From the IMG/VR virus record IMGVR_UViG_2778261673_000009: DNA of 23,750 bases. One strand, 5' to 3'. A model generated the notes under the pieces. That model saw only the letters and a program-made list of their open reading frames with translations. It was not told the origin of the DNA and did no database searches. The stretch comes from a virus. Its lineage: Duplodnaviria > Heunggongvirae > Uroviricota > Caudoviricetes. The position numbers were made by a program, and so were the translations under genes. Positions 1 through 8,165 of this stretch are shown one piece after another (the first letter of the stretch is position 1; each line of letters opens with the position of its first letter).

Positions 1-411
1 ATGCCTGCCCCCGTCGTCCTGATCCTTGCGGCCGGGCGTGGAGAGCGCTTTCTCGCCTCCGGGGGAAATACCCATAAGTGTATCGGCTGGCGTCAGTCCC
101 CGGAGGTTGCGCCTTATCGCTGGCCATTTGAAGAAAACGGGAGAACTTTCGACCTTGCGATTGAACCGCAGATTACGACTAATGATCTGCGTCTGATGTT
201 GAGGCTGGCTCTTGCCGGCGGAGGAATAACAATTGCCACTCAGGAAACTTTCAGGCCATATATTGAAAGCGGTAAGCTTGTATCGCTGCTTGATGACTTT
301 CTTCCACAATTTCCGGGCTTCTATCTGTATTTCCCACAGCGTCGCAATATTGCACCAAAGCTCCGCGCCCTGATTGACTACGTCAAAGAATGGCGGCAGC
401 AATTGGCTTAA
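1..411 (+). CDS. LysR-family transcriptional regulator, C-terminal effector-binding part; 5' end lies outside the window
   Basis: ORF runs from the window edge to a stop at 409-411. The translation has the look of a LysR substrate-binding domain C-terminus (LRLALAGGGITIATQETF...GKLVSLLDDFLP). G+C resembles the chromosome, not the AT-rich cargo. Taken as chromosomal flank. Confidence 0.6.
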   Translation: MPAPVVLILAAGRGERFLASGGNTHKCIGWRQSPEVAPYRWPFEENGRTFDLAIEPQITTNDLRLMLRLALAGGGITIATQETFRPYIESGKLVSLLDDFLPQFPGFYLYFPQRRNIAPKLRALIDYVKEWRQQLA

Positions 412-545
412 ATGTCTGCACCTGCACTGCCTGATGTCAGAACAGTATTTTGATGAATTGCCAAGGTTACAATGGCACAAATACGGCACAGGAGGAAACG
501 TGGTGTATTTAAATATGGGGTAACTCTTTGATTTTAATGGTGCGA

Positions 546-563
546 TAATAGGAATGAATATTA
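546..563. repeat. Putative attachment-site core, junction copy next to crr (ATGGTGCGATAATAGGA)
   Basis: 17/18-bp direct repeat with 11873-11890 (ATGGTGCCGATAATAGGA). The two copies sit exactly where a P4-like prophage should end: just outside crr and just upstream of int. Confidence 0.45.
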
Positions 564-660
564 AAATCTAAAGCATTGATTTATAACAGATAATTATATT
601 CAAAAAATATAACTATACACATATCTATACACACTGCGCGCATCGCTTGTTTTTTACACA

Positions 661-980
661 ATTAAAAGTAAGAAAAAAGTTTTTTTTCGAAAGAACTGTT
701 CACACTGTTCACCTTTCTGTTTTCTCCTTTTATTTCAGCATTATAGGTGGTGAATAATGGGTGAAGGGTGAACATTCGATTCTTCACCTCCGGCATTCTG
801 CCGGTGTGACTCATACCGGTGATTAATCCCCCGTACTGAAATCACACAGGGAGAAAAAAGTTTTTTTTTGATTTGATTGTTCACACTGTTCACCTTTCAT
901 TTTTCTCTTTTAATTTCAGTGTGATAACGGATGAATACACGGTGAAGGGTGAACAGTTGATTGTTCACCTTCGGGGAATT
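661..980. repeat. crr-like cis replication region: two direct repeats of about 120 bp carrying TGTTCACC/GGTGAACA octamers
   Basis: Two near-identical blocks (about 678-795 and 858-975), each with GTTCACACTGTTCACCTTTC...GGTGAAGGGTGAACA...TTCACCT. The octamer matches the P4 alpha-binding type I iteron. The position downstream of alpha is as in P4. Confidence 0.7.
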
Positions 981-987
981 CAGGGAT

Positions 988-1012
988 GAAAAAAGACCGG
1001 CAGATGCCGGTC
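988..1012 (-). terminator. Rho-independent terminator downstream of alpha
   Basis: Perfect hairpin GACCGGC-AGAT-GCCGGTC (995-1012) followed on the minus strand by a run of six T (plus-strand A run 989-994), 17 nt after the alpha stop. Confidence 0.6.
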
Positions 1013-1028
1013 AGATGAGTCATGAGGG

Positions 1029-3362
1029 TCAGGTTGTTGCAGGGTCGTCACATTTTGGCAGCCAGTCGCCGTAGCTTTCCTCTTTCAGCGTCAGGTTGGT
1101 CTGTATCCCCTGTTTGGTATGGCGCTTCTCGTAATTCAGTCCGTATTCCTTCAGCATCACCGGCAGCCCCAGCCCGAACATTTTCAGACTGAGTACATTC
1201 CGGTAGCCGTTTGCCTCCATGTAGGCCAGATAGGCGTGATAGAGGTATTTACGGTAATTGCGCGGGATGATACTGGCGTTCCCCATATACATGCCGCTGG
1301 TCTGCGGCAGGGTTTCCAGATAGCCGATAAAATCAAACGTCGGGTCGGCATCCCGTTTGATGTTCAGCGCCTCGTCTGAGTTCTGCTGGGACTGAAGCAG
1401 TGACCGGGCGAGCATCGGGTCGCTGAACTTCTGCATCAGGTGACGCACGATGACCGCCAGCTCGCGGGTGATTTTGTCCTTGAGCTGCGGGTCGCGCTCC
1501 TGCGGGGCTATCTGTTCCGGGAAGTGAATAATCACCCGCCGGCGTGACACGCCGCCGCTGCGGTCGGTGAAGCGCATCGGGTTATTGTTCACGGCCAGAA
1601 TCACCGCCGGGATATGCGTGGAGTACGCATCCCGGTATTTCGGGTCAACGGACACCGCATCGCCGCCGGTGATGGCCTTGAGTCCGGCTCCGTCGCCGCT
1701 CCATTTTTCCTGGTCCGGCAGGCGTATCAGTGAGAAGCCAGTTAACGCGGCACGTTCACGCGGGGATTCCAGCGTCTCAATGGTGGCCGACGTGGCGTTA
1801 TCCTCCCCGGCCAGCAGGGTGGCTATTTCGGCCATGATACTTTTGCCGCTGCCGCCGGGACCGGTCACCTCCAGAAAGAGCTGCCAGTCGTAGCGGTTTG
1901 CCAGCACCATAAACAGTGCGGCCAGAATTACGTCGCGTTTTTCCGCACGACCACCGGCAGCACGGTCAAGCCAGCGCCAGAACGCGGGGGCGTGGGTTTC
2001 CAGCGTTTCCCCTTCCACCGGCGGGGTGAAATCCACATCGCACAGGGTGCGCATCCAGTGTGACGGACTGTGCGGGTGGAACGTGCCGTTCTGCGTGTCG
2101 AGCACGCCGTTACGAAAGCCAATCAGGCGGCGGGAGGGGGCTTCCTGCTGCGGAATAATCAGCTTCAGGGTGTCCACCACGGAGGCCACCTTCCCGGAGG
2201 AGAACGGCGCACGCAGCCGCTGAAACAGCCCGGCCACATCCCGGGCAAAGTCCTGTGGTGGCAGCACCTTCCAGACACCATTTTCATAACGGGACAGAAG
2301 CTGGCCGTTGGCATCGACCGCGAGCGCCTCGCCGTAATGCTCATAGATACGCATGGCCTTTTCGCTGGTACTCATGGCGGAAAACTCTGCTTCGCTCATG
2401 GTGTCGAACGGGCTTTCAGCCGGTGGCCGGATGGCATCGTAAATGGCCTTACGGGTGGCCTCCCCGCCGTACTGCGTGAAGGCATCATTCCAGTCACCGA
2501 AGACCGGCGGCAGGGCAACAACGCCCTCACACGCATCTGCGGCTGCGGCGGCTTTTTTCTGGCCGTCACCGCTGAGGTCACGGTCTGCGGCAAGGACAAT
2601 CTGACAGGCCGGATGCTTCTGCCGGGCAAGGCTGGCCAGAGAAAGGAGGTTCACGGAAGAAAGCGCCACCATCACCGTTTCACCGGTCAGGTGATGTACG
2701 GTAAGTGCGGTTGCGTATCCCTCCGCTATCCACAGACGTTTTCCGGCCTGATTCTGTCCTTCAAGGGTGTGACAGGTGCCCCTGACCTGTCCGCCTTTCA
2801 GGGTGCGCTTACGGCCGTCAGCACTGATTAACTGAAGGTTAACCAGTTCGCCGCTGTCGTCATACAGTGGCACCACAAGGTCACCGGCGCGCCAGCTCAC
2901 GCCACCGGCTCTGTGTGTGCCGGTCAGCATCCGGCATTCCCGGCCGGGAAAGCCCTTGCGGGTCAGGTAGGCGTTACCGGTTCCGGGACGGGTTTTTGCC
3001 ATCAGGGTTTGTGCCAGTGCGGCGGCGTTCTTCCGGGCGGCTTCTGTTTCAGCAACGGCGGCGGCCGTCACTGCCGGGTCAGCCGGGGGCAGACTGCCGG
3101 TCACGGCAGCCACCTTTGTGGCCGCGTCGGACGGGGAAACACCAAACACCTTTTCAACCAGTTTCAGGCCGTCACCGGCACCACACTGATTGCAGTACCA
3201 GGTGCCGCGCCCCTCCCTGTCATCAAAACGGAAGCGGTCACTCCCGCCACAGACCGGACAGGGCTGATGACGGTTCTTCAGCACCTGAATCCCCAGCGCC
3301 GGGAGAATACGCGGCCAGTGGCCGAGCGCATGGCTGACGGTGGCGGTTACGTTCATTTTCAT
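1029..3362 (-). CDS. alpha: P4 alpha-type replication protein (primase-helicase)
   Basis: 777-aa ORF, the same length as P4 alpha. N-terminal Cys-rich zinc-binding primase segment (CPVCGG...YCNQCG), flanked by both TGTTCACC iteron clusters. Plus-strand ORFs inside it are treated as antisense artefacts. Confidence 0.9.
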   Translation of the reverse strand: MKMNVTATVSHALGHWPRILPALGIQVLKNRHQPCPVCGGSDRFRFDDREGRGTWYCNQCGAGDGLKLVEKVFGVSPSDAATKVAAVTGSLPPADPAVTAAAVAETEAARKNAAALAQTLMAKTRPGTGNAYLTRKGFPGRECRMLTGTHRAGGVSWRAGDLVVPLYDDSGELVNLQLISADGRKRTLKGGQVRGTCHTLEGQNQAGKRLWIAEGYATALTVHHLTGETVMVALSSVNLLSLASLARQKHPACQIVLAADRDLSGDGQKKAAAAADACEGVVALPPVFGDWNDAFTQYGGEATRKAIYDAIRPPAESPFDTMSEAEFSAMSTSEKAMRIYEHYGEALAVDANGQLLSRYENGVWKVLPPQDFARDVAGLFQRLRAPFSSGKVASVVDTLKLIIPQQEAPSRRLIGFRNGVLDTQNGTFHPHSPSHWMRTLCDVDFTPPVEGETLETHAPAFWRWLDRAAGGRAEKRDVILAALFMVLANRYDWQLFLEVTGPGGSGKSIMAEIATLLAGEDNATSATIETLESPRERAALTGFSLIRLPDQEKWSGDGAGLKAITGGDAVSVDPKYRDAYSTHIPAVILAVNNNPMRFTDRSGGVSRRRVIIHFPEQIAPQERDPQLKDKITRELAVIVRHLMQKFSDPMLARSLLQSQQNSDEALNIKRDADPTFDFIGYLETLPQTSGMYMGNASIIPRNYRKYLYHAYLAYMEANGYRNVLSLKMFGLGLPVMLKEYGLNYEKRHTKQGIQTNLTLKEESYGDWLPKCDDPATT

Positions 3363-3376
3363 GGTGTTGTTCTCCT

Positions 3377-3697
3377 TCAGTGCAGTACCGGCGCTTTTAT
3401 GTGACGGGCACAGAGTTCATCCATCACAACCAGCCCGAGAAAGGACAGCGACGGCGCGGCCTTCAGGGGGCCGGATTCCATTAAATCTTCCAGCAGGGCA
3501 CAGGCTATCTGACGCCCTTTTTCCTCACCGTGCTGGCGCAGATAAAAGCCTTCCAGCTCAGCGGCGATGGCCGCCTCCAGTGACTCAAGGGTGAGATGCG
3601 GGTAGCGGTGCTGACGTTCGCACACGGTCAGCCAGGCACAGGCGACAGCGCGACGGTAAAGGGCAGCGCGTAAGACGGGCGGTAAGGGTGTTTTCAT
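3377..3697 (-). CDS. P4 orf106-like protein
   Basis: 106-aa ORF immediately upstream of alpha, matching the P4 orf106 position and length. Confidence 0.6.
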
Positions 3698-3832
3698 TTG
3701 CTTTCCTCCCTGTGACAGATGACTGCATTCCGTGCCGGTTGCATTAACTGATAAGGCATATCTGCGTCTCCTGAAGACGTGCGTATCCCTGCGCGAATAC
3801 GCACATTTAATTTTTCGGGTGTCGTTTTTTAA

Positions 3833-4288
3833 TTACAGATAATTGCGGTAACTGTTATCCGGGGTGGTTTCCGGGTCAGGCTCCGTGCGGGGAATTTCCC
3901 GCCATTCCCGCGCCACCGGTGCTGCCCGGCTGACCGGAACAGTGTCCTGCGGGTAAATATCCAGATATTTTTCCCGCCATTTCTGTAATTCCGGGTCTCC
4001 GGCCATTTCTTTCAGTACCGCATGCCGGTTTACGGGGCTGCGTTTAAACAGGTCAGGACGGTCACAGGTAAATTCCCGCAGAAAACGCCCCAGCGGGATG
4101 TCTGTGGTGCGTCCGTCAGCGAGGATACGCACAAGGATACTGAATTTACGGCGGTACGGGTTCCAGACAATGTCCGGGCAGCGGTACGGCATTTCCCACG
4201 GAATACCGTCTTCCAGAATGCCGACCACGGCCACATCGGGAAAACCGGCAGAACGGTAAATCTCACCGGGCTGGGGAAAATCAAACAT
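3833..4288 (-). CDS. P4 orf151-like protein
   Basis: 151-aa ORF in the P4 orf151 position, co-directional with alpha. Confidence 0.6.
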   Translation of the reverse strand: MFDFPQPGEIYRSAGFPDVAVVGILEDGIPWEMPYRCPDIVWNPYRRKFSILVRILADGRTTDIPLGRFLREFTCDRPDLFKRSPVNRHAVLKEMAGDPELQKWREKYLDIYPQDTVPVSRAAPVAREWREIPRTEPDPETTPDNSYRNYL

Positions 4289-4568
4289 GCGTCCTGTCTC
4301 CCCGGTCTTTCTGCTGGGCGAGAAAATCGCGGCACAGGCCTTTGGCTTTCAGCTCATTCAGCACAAAATCAATATCTTCATTCAGGTAGCTGAAAATATG
4401 CGGAATGTAGAGCTGATGCAGGCCGGAGAGTTCACGGTGAATCAAATCACCCCCAACAAACCGGGATACGGCGCTGGCGCGGTTGAGCTTATGGTAAGCC
4501 TCAATGCTGAGGTGTTCACGGGCGTCATGACGCGCTGAGACGGTCTGAGGGGCTTTTTTATTACGCAC
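4281..4568 (-). CDS. Epsilon-like small protein (95 aa, GTG start) in the P4 left operon
   Basis: The 190-aa ORF in the track has no credible start. An in-frame GTG at 4568 is preceded by GGAGG with a 6-nt spacer and gives a 95-aa product overlapping the orf151 start. The name is by synteny only. Confidence 0.4.
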
Positions 4569-4758
4569 GGGACACCTCCACCACCGGCAGACGGGCAGCA
4601 AGGGAGAGCACATAGTCACGGACAAGGGAACGGCGGGCGCTGCGTTCATCACCGGCGACGGTGCGAAGCATACAGATACGGGGATGACGGTCTGCGCGAC
4701 GGACAGCCGCAAACACAAAGACAAATTCAGGGTGTGAGGGGGTAAGGGTTGTAGCCAT
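4561..4758 (-). CDS. Small left-operon protein, 65 aa (kil-like position)
   Basis: ATG at 4758 preceded by AGGAGG (about 8-nt spacer). It is the 3' part of a longer track ORF with no credible upstream start. It ends 4 nt before the epsilon-like GTG. Confidence 0.4.
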
Positions 4759-5156
4759 GATGGCAGCCTCCTGTGAATAGCAAATAACGCTATCGCCGGA
4801 GTTCTCACGCTCGATGGCGATAGCCCAGACGGGGGTGAGAATACCGGCTTCACAGGATACCGGCCAGCCCGGAGGCTGCCCCGCCTGAGCTACCATTGAC
4901 TCTGCGGCATAATGAGCGGACGCGGGCAGGATGCACGGAATGCCATCTGCACGACTGACCACACACCACACCATAATCTGGCGCTCTGTGGCATTGATTG
5001 CGACACAAAAAAAGACGCGTGGCGCGTCATATGTCGCCTGTGAATTGCTCGGGTTCTCACGCCCGGCTGCCGATTTTGCGGCAGCGGAAAAACTATATCC
5101 GCAAATGCCGGAAAAAGGCAAGCCAGAAAAAGGGAGTTTTTGCAGAGCGGGCATCA

Positions 5157-5423
5157 TCATGCGTCGTACCCCCGTTTGCGTCCGGCAATGCGCCCGGCCA
5201 TCCATGCGGTGACTTCAGAGTGCAGCCAGGCCACATTTTTACCGCCAAGACTCACCTGCGGCGGAAATTCCCCCTTACGGATGAGTTCATAGATGGTCGA
5301 GCGTGACAGGCCGCACAGGTGCATCACTTCCGGAAGACGTAAAAAACGCTCCTGTGTGATGTCCGGCAGCGGCATCAGTGGCGTCACAGGGGCGGGAGAC
5401 GGGGAAGAAAAAACAGCTTGCAT
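5157..5423 (-). CDS. vis: AlpA/Vis-family DNA-binding regulator (88 aa)
   Basis: 88 aa with an AlpA-type helix-turn-helix ([28 protein letters not shown]). Matches the length and position of P4 orf88/vis, the first gene read leftward from the late-left promoter region. Confidence 0.8.
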   Translation of the reverse strand: MQAVFSSPSPAPVTPLMPLPDITQERFLRLPEVMHLCGLSRSTIYELIRKGEFPPQVSLGGKNVAWLHSEVTAWMAGRIAGRKRGYDA

Positions 5424-5525
5424 CGGGCTACCTCGTTAATGTCCATACAGCACCGGATAAGTCCGTCCGGCTTCGGGTAGCGTTTTATTTTGTGAATATT
5501 TTCAGCAGACGCAACAGGGGGGATT

Positions 5526-5543
5526 TGTTCCGGCAGCCTTACA
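5526..5543 (-). promoter_or_regulatory. TGT-N12-ACA dyad (Delta/Ogr-type activator site), late-left promoter-like
   Basis: TGTTCCGGCAGCCTTACA, centred about 110 bp upstream of the vis start. This is the dyad typical of P2/P4 late promoters. Confidence 0.4.
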
Positions 5544-5567
5544 ATGCTTGTGTGTTTTTTGTTCATC

Positions 5568-5606
5568 TCCACTTAAAGTCATTTAAAGCCACTTAAAGCA
5601 ATTCGT
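5568..5606. repeat. Three tandem copies of CACTTAAAG-like motif
   Basis: CCACTTAAAGT CATTTAAAG CCACTTAAAG, read directly, between the late-left dyad and the iteron cluster. Confidence 0.4.
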
Positions 5607-5694
5607 AATTTTTATAGTGAAATACAAATCGTTTTTTCTTATTCATTCCCGGCGAATTAATAAAAACAAACAGTAATAAACAGCACAAAAAGCC

Positions 5695-5820
5695 CATCAA
5701 CGGGTGAACAGTGGTGAACAGACGGTGAACAGTCATTACTTCGATTGTTCACCCTTTAACTTACTGTATTACTTATCTTTTTTCTTATGGTGAACAGAGG
5801 TGAACAGAGGTGAACAGTAA
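5695..5820. repeat. ori-like iteron cluster: seven GGTGAACA/TGTTCACC octamers
   Basis: GGTGAACA at 5703, 5713, 5724, 5789, 5799 and 5809, with an inverted TGTTCACC at 5746. It lies about 4.8 kb from the crr-like repeats, comparable to the P4 ori1-crr spacing. Confidence 0.7.
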
Positions 5821-5895
5821 AATATAAAAAAACAAACAGTAAGCCGGTTTTTCCTGCGACCTTTTCCTGGCTTGCCGGTCTGAGGATGAGTCTCC

Positions 5896-5913
5896 TGTGT
5901 CAGGGCTGGCACA
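5896..5913 (+). promoter_or_regulatory. TGT-N12-ACA dyad, Psid-like late promoter activator site
   Basis: TGTGTCAGGGCTGGCACA, centred about 80 bp upstream of the sid ATG. Confidence 0.45.
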
Positions 5914-5985
5914 TCTGCAATGCGTCGTGTTGTTGTCCGGTGTACGTCACAATTTTCTCAACCTGAAGTGACGAGGAGCCGGAAA

Positions 5986-6720
5986 ATGTCTGACAACACC
6001 ATCCCTGAATATCTGCAACCCGCGCTGGCACAACTGGAAAAGGCCAGAGCCGCCCATCTTGAGAACGCCCGCCTGATGGATGAGACCGTCACGGCCATTG
6101 AACGGGCAGAGCAGGAAAAAAATGCGCTGGCGCAGGCCGACGGAAACGACGCTGACGACTGGCGCACGGCCTTTCGTGCAGCCGGTGGTGTCCTGAGCGA
6201 CGAGCTGAAACAGCGCCACATTGAGCGCGTGGCACGCCGGGAGCTGGTACAGGAATATGACAATCTGGCCGTGGTGCTGAATTTTGAACGTGAACGCCTG
6301 AAAGGGGCGTGTGACAGCACGGCCACCGCCTACCGGAAGGCACATCATCACCTTCTGAGTCTGTATGCAGAGCATGAGCTGGAACACGCCCTGAATGAAA
6401 CCTGTGAGGTGCTTGTCCGGGCAATGCATCTGAGTATCCTGGTACAGGAAAATCCGCTCGCCAACACCACCGGCCATCAGGGCTACGTCGCACCGGAAAA
6501 GGCTGTCATGCAGCAGGTGAAATCATCGCTGGAACAGAAAATTAAACAGATGCAAATCAGCCTCACCGGCGAGCCGGTTCTCCGGCTGACCGGACTGTCA
6601 GCGGCAACACTCCCGCACATGGATTATGAGGTGGCAGGCACACCGGCACAGCGCAAGGTGTGGCAGGACAAAATAGACCAGCAGGGTGCAGAGCTTAAGG
6701 CCAGAGGACTGCTGTCATGA
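5986..6720 (+). CDS. sid: Sid capsid size-determination (external scaffold) protein
   Basis: Taking the ATG at 5986 (GAGGAG 7 nt upstream) gives 244 aa starting MSDNTIPEYLQPALAQLEK, matching P4 Sid in length and N-terminus. Track ORFs antisense to it are rejected. Confidence 0.85.
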   Translation: MSDNTIPEYLQPALAQLEKARAAHLENARLMDETVTAIERAEQEKNALAQADGNDADDWRTAFRAAGGVLSDELKQRHIERVARRELVQEYDNLAVVLNFERERLKGACDSTATAYRKAHHHLLSLYAEHELEHALNETCEVLVRAMHLSILVQENPLANTTGHQGYVAPEKAVMQQVKSSLEQKIKQMQISLTGEPVLRLTGLSAATLPHMDYEVAGTPAQRKVWQDKIDQQGAELKARGLLS

Positions 6721-7217
6721 TTTACTGCCCGTCGTGTGGACATGTTGCTCACACCCGCCGCGCACATTTCATGGACGATGGCACCAAGATAATGATTGCA
6801 CAGTGCCGGAATATTTATTGCTCTGCGACATTTGAAGCGAGTGAAAGCTTTTTCTCTGACAGTAAAGATTCAGGAATGGAATACATTTCAGGCAAACAGA
6901 GATACCGCGATTCACTGACGTCAGCCTCCGGCAGTATGAAACGCCCGAAAAGAATGCTTGTTACCGGATATTGTTGTCGGAGATGTAAAGGCCTTGCACT
7001 GTCAAGAACATCGAGGCGTCTGTCTCAGGAAGTCACCGAGCGTTTTTATGTGTGCACGGATCCGGGCTGTGGTCTGGTGTTTAAAACGCTTCAGACCATC
7101 AACCGTTTCATTGTCCGCCCGGTCACGCCGGACGAACTGGCAGAAAGCCTGCATGAAAAACAGGAACTGCCGCCAGTACGGTTAAAAACACAATCATATT
7201 CGCTGCGTCTGGAATGA
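6717..7217 (+). CDS. delta: Delta late-gene transcriptional activator (duplicated Ogr-like zinc finger)
   Basis: 166 aa, as P4 Delta, with two Cys-rich Ogr-like halves (CPSCGH...C....C and CCRRC...C.DPGC). ATGA overlap with the sid stop. Confidence 0.85.
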   Translation: MIYCPSCGHVAHTRRAHFMDDGTKIMIAQCRNIYCSATFEASESFFSDSKDSGMEYISGKQRYRDSLTSASGSMKRPKRMLVTGYCCRRCKGLALSRTSRRLSQEVTERFYVCTDPGCGLVFKTLQTINRFIVRPVTPDELAESLHEKQELPPVRLKTQSYSLRLE

Positions 7218-7290
7218 GGGCTGCCGGTTAACCCCGGCCGTCGCCGCACACCGTATTTTTATTCTTCAGCATGATGAGAAAGAGATAACG

Positions 7291-7863
7291 ATGGAAAGCA
7301 CAGCCTTACAGCAGGCCTTTGACACCTGTCAGAATAACAAAGCAGCATGGCTGCAACGCAAAAATGAGCTGGCAGCGGCCGAACAGGAATACCTGCGGCT
7401 TCTGTCAGGAGAAGGCAGAAACGTCAGTCGCCTGGACGAATTACGCAATATTATTGAAGTCAGAAAATGGCAGGTGAATCAGGCCGCCGGTCGTTATATT
7501 CGTTCGCATGAAGCCGTTCAGCACATCAGCATCCGCGACCGGCTGAATGATTTTATGCAGCAGCACGGCACAGCACTGGCGGCGGCACTGGCACCGGGGC
7601 TGATGGGCTACAGTGAGCTGACGGCCATTGCCCGAAACTGTGCCATACAGCGTGCCACAGATGCCCTGCGTGAAGCCCTTCTGTCCTGGCTTGCGAAGGG
7701 GGAAAAAATTAATTATTCCGCACAGGATAGCGACATTTTAACGGCCATCGGATTCAGGCCTGACGCGGCTTCGGTGGATGACAGCCGTGAAAAATTCACT
7801 CCTGCGCAGAACATGATTTTTTCGCGTAAAAGTGCGCAACTGGCATCACATCAGTCTGTGTAA
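7291..7863 (+). CDS. psu: Psu polarity-suppression / capsid-decoration protein
   Basis: 190 aa, as P4 Psu, and the last gene of the sid-delta-psu operon. Confidence 0.85.
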   Translation: MESTALQQAFDTCQNNKAAWLQRKNELAAAEQEYLRLLSGEGRNVSRLDELRNIIEVRKWQVNQAAGRYIRSHEAVQHISIRDRLNDFMQQHGTALAAALAPGLMGYSELTAIARNCAIQRATDALREALLSWLAKGEKINYSAQDSDILTAIGFRPDAASVDDSREKFTPAQNMIFSRKSAQLASHQSV

Positions 7864-7898
7864 AACTCCCCGAAAATCCGCCCGTTTTTACTGAAAAA

Positions 7899-7940
7899 AG
7901 CCATGCATCGATAAGGTGCATGGCTTTGCATGCGTTTTCC
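7899..7940 (+). terminator. Terminator-like hairpin after psu
   Basis: Perfect 9-bp stem AGCCATGCA / TGCATGGCT (7899-7907 and 7917-7925) with a 9-nt loop, followed by TTGCATGCGTTTTCC. The T tract is imperfect. Confidence 0.45.
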
Positions 7941-8027
7941 TGCCTCATTTTCTGCAAACCGCGCCATTCCCGGCGCGGTCTGAGCGCGTCAGTACAACTG
8001 CATTAAAACCGCCCCGCAAAGCGGGCG

Positions 8028-8046
8028 GGCGTGGCGGGGGGAGCAT
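8028..8046. other. cos-like cohesive-end site
   Basis: GGCGTGGCGGGGGGAGCAT matches the P2/P4 19-nt cohesive end (GGCGAGGCGGGGAAAGCAC, recalled from memory) at 15/19 positions. It lies about 165 bp past psu, as in P4, next to a GC-rich inverted repeat (CCGCCCCGC/GCGGGCGG). Confidence 0.55.
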
Positions 8047-8129
8047 TGCGCGCTAAGGCTGATATTATAATTTTCTTTAATTCTATTTGGTATTTTGGCT
8101 TTATTCGTCAGAAGGAACTTTTAGAAATA

Positions 8130-8157
8130 GACCACTACAATGGATTGTAGCGGTCTG
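8130..8157 (-). terminator. Inverted-repeat hairpin downstream of the cargo operon
   Basis: AGACCACTACAAT-GG-ATTGTAGCGGTCT (12/13-bp stem), 9 nt after the partner gene stop. The following minus-strand tract ATTTCTAAAAG is only weakly U-rich. Confidence 0.3.
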
Positions 8158-8165
8158 CATGATAT

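Noticed and set aside
2070-3404. Plus-strand ORFs of 156-253 aa overlapping the alpha gene
   Set aside because: They are antisense to a confidently assigned 777-aa gene in GC-rich DNA. They have Arg/Gly/Pro-rich low-complexity translations and no ribosome-binding sites, so they are read as frame artefacts.
4561-5205. 214-aa and 190-aa minus-strand ORFs as single genes
   Set aside because: No credible start or ribosome-binding site at the 5' ends. Only the 3' portions, with a strong Shine-Dalgarno plus ATG or GTG, look like genes. The 5' part of the 214-aa ORF overlaps the vis gene and presumably promoter DNA.
5947-6493. Three minus-strand ORFs (122-176 aa) overlapping sid
   Set aside because: Antisense to sid, whose 244-aa product matches P4 Sid. 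Translations are Arg/Ser/Cys-rich with no start context.
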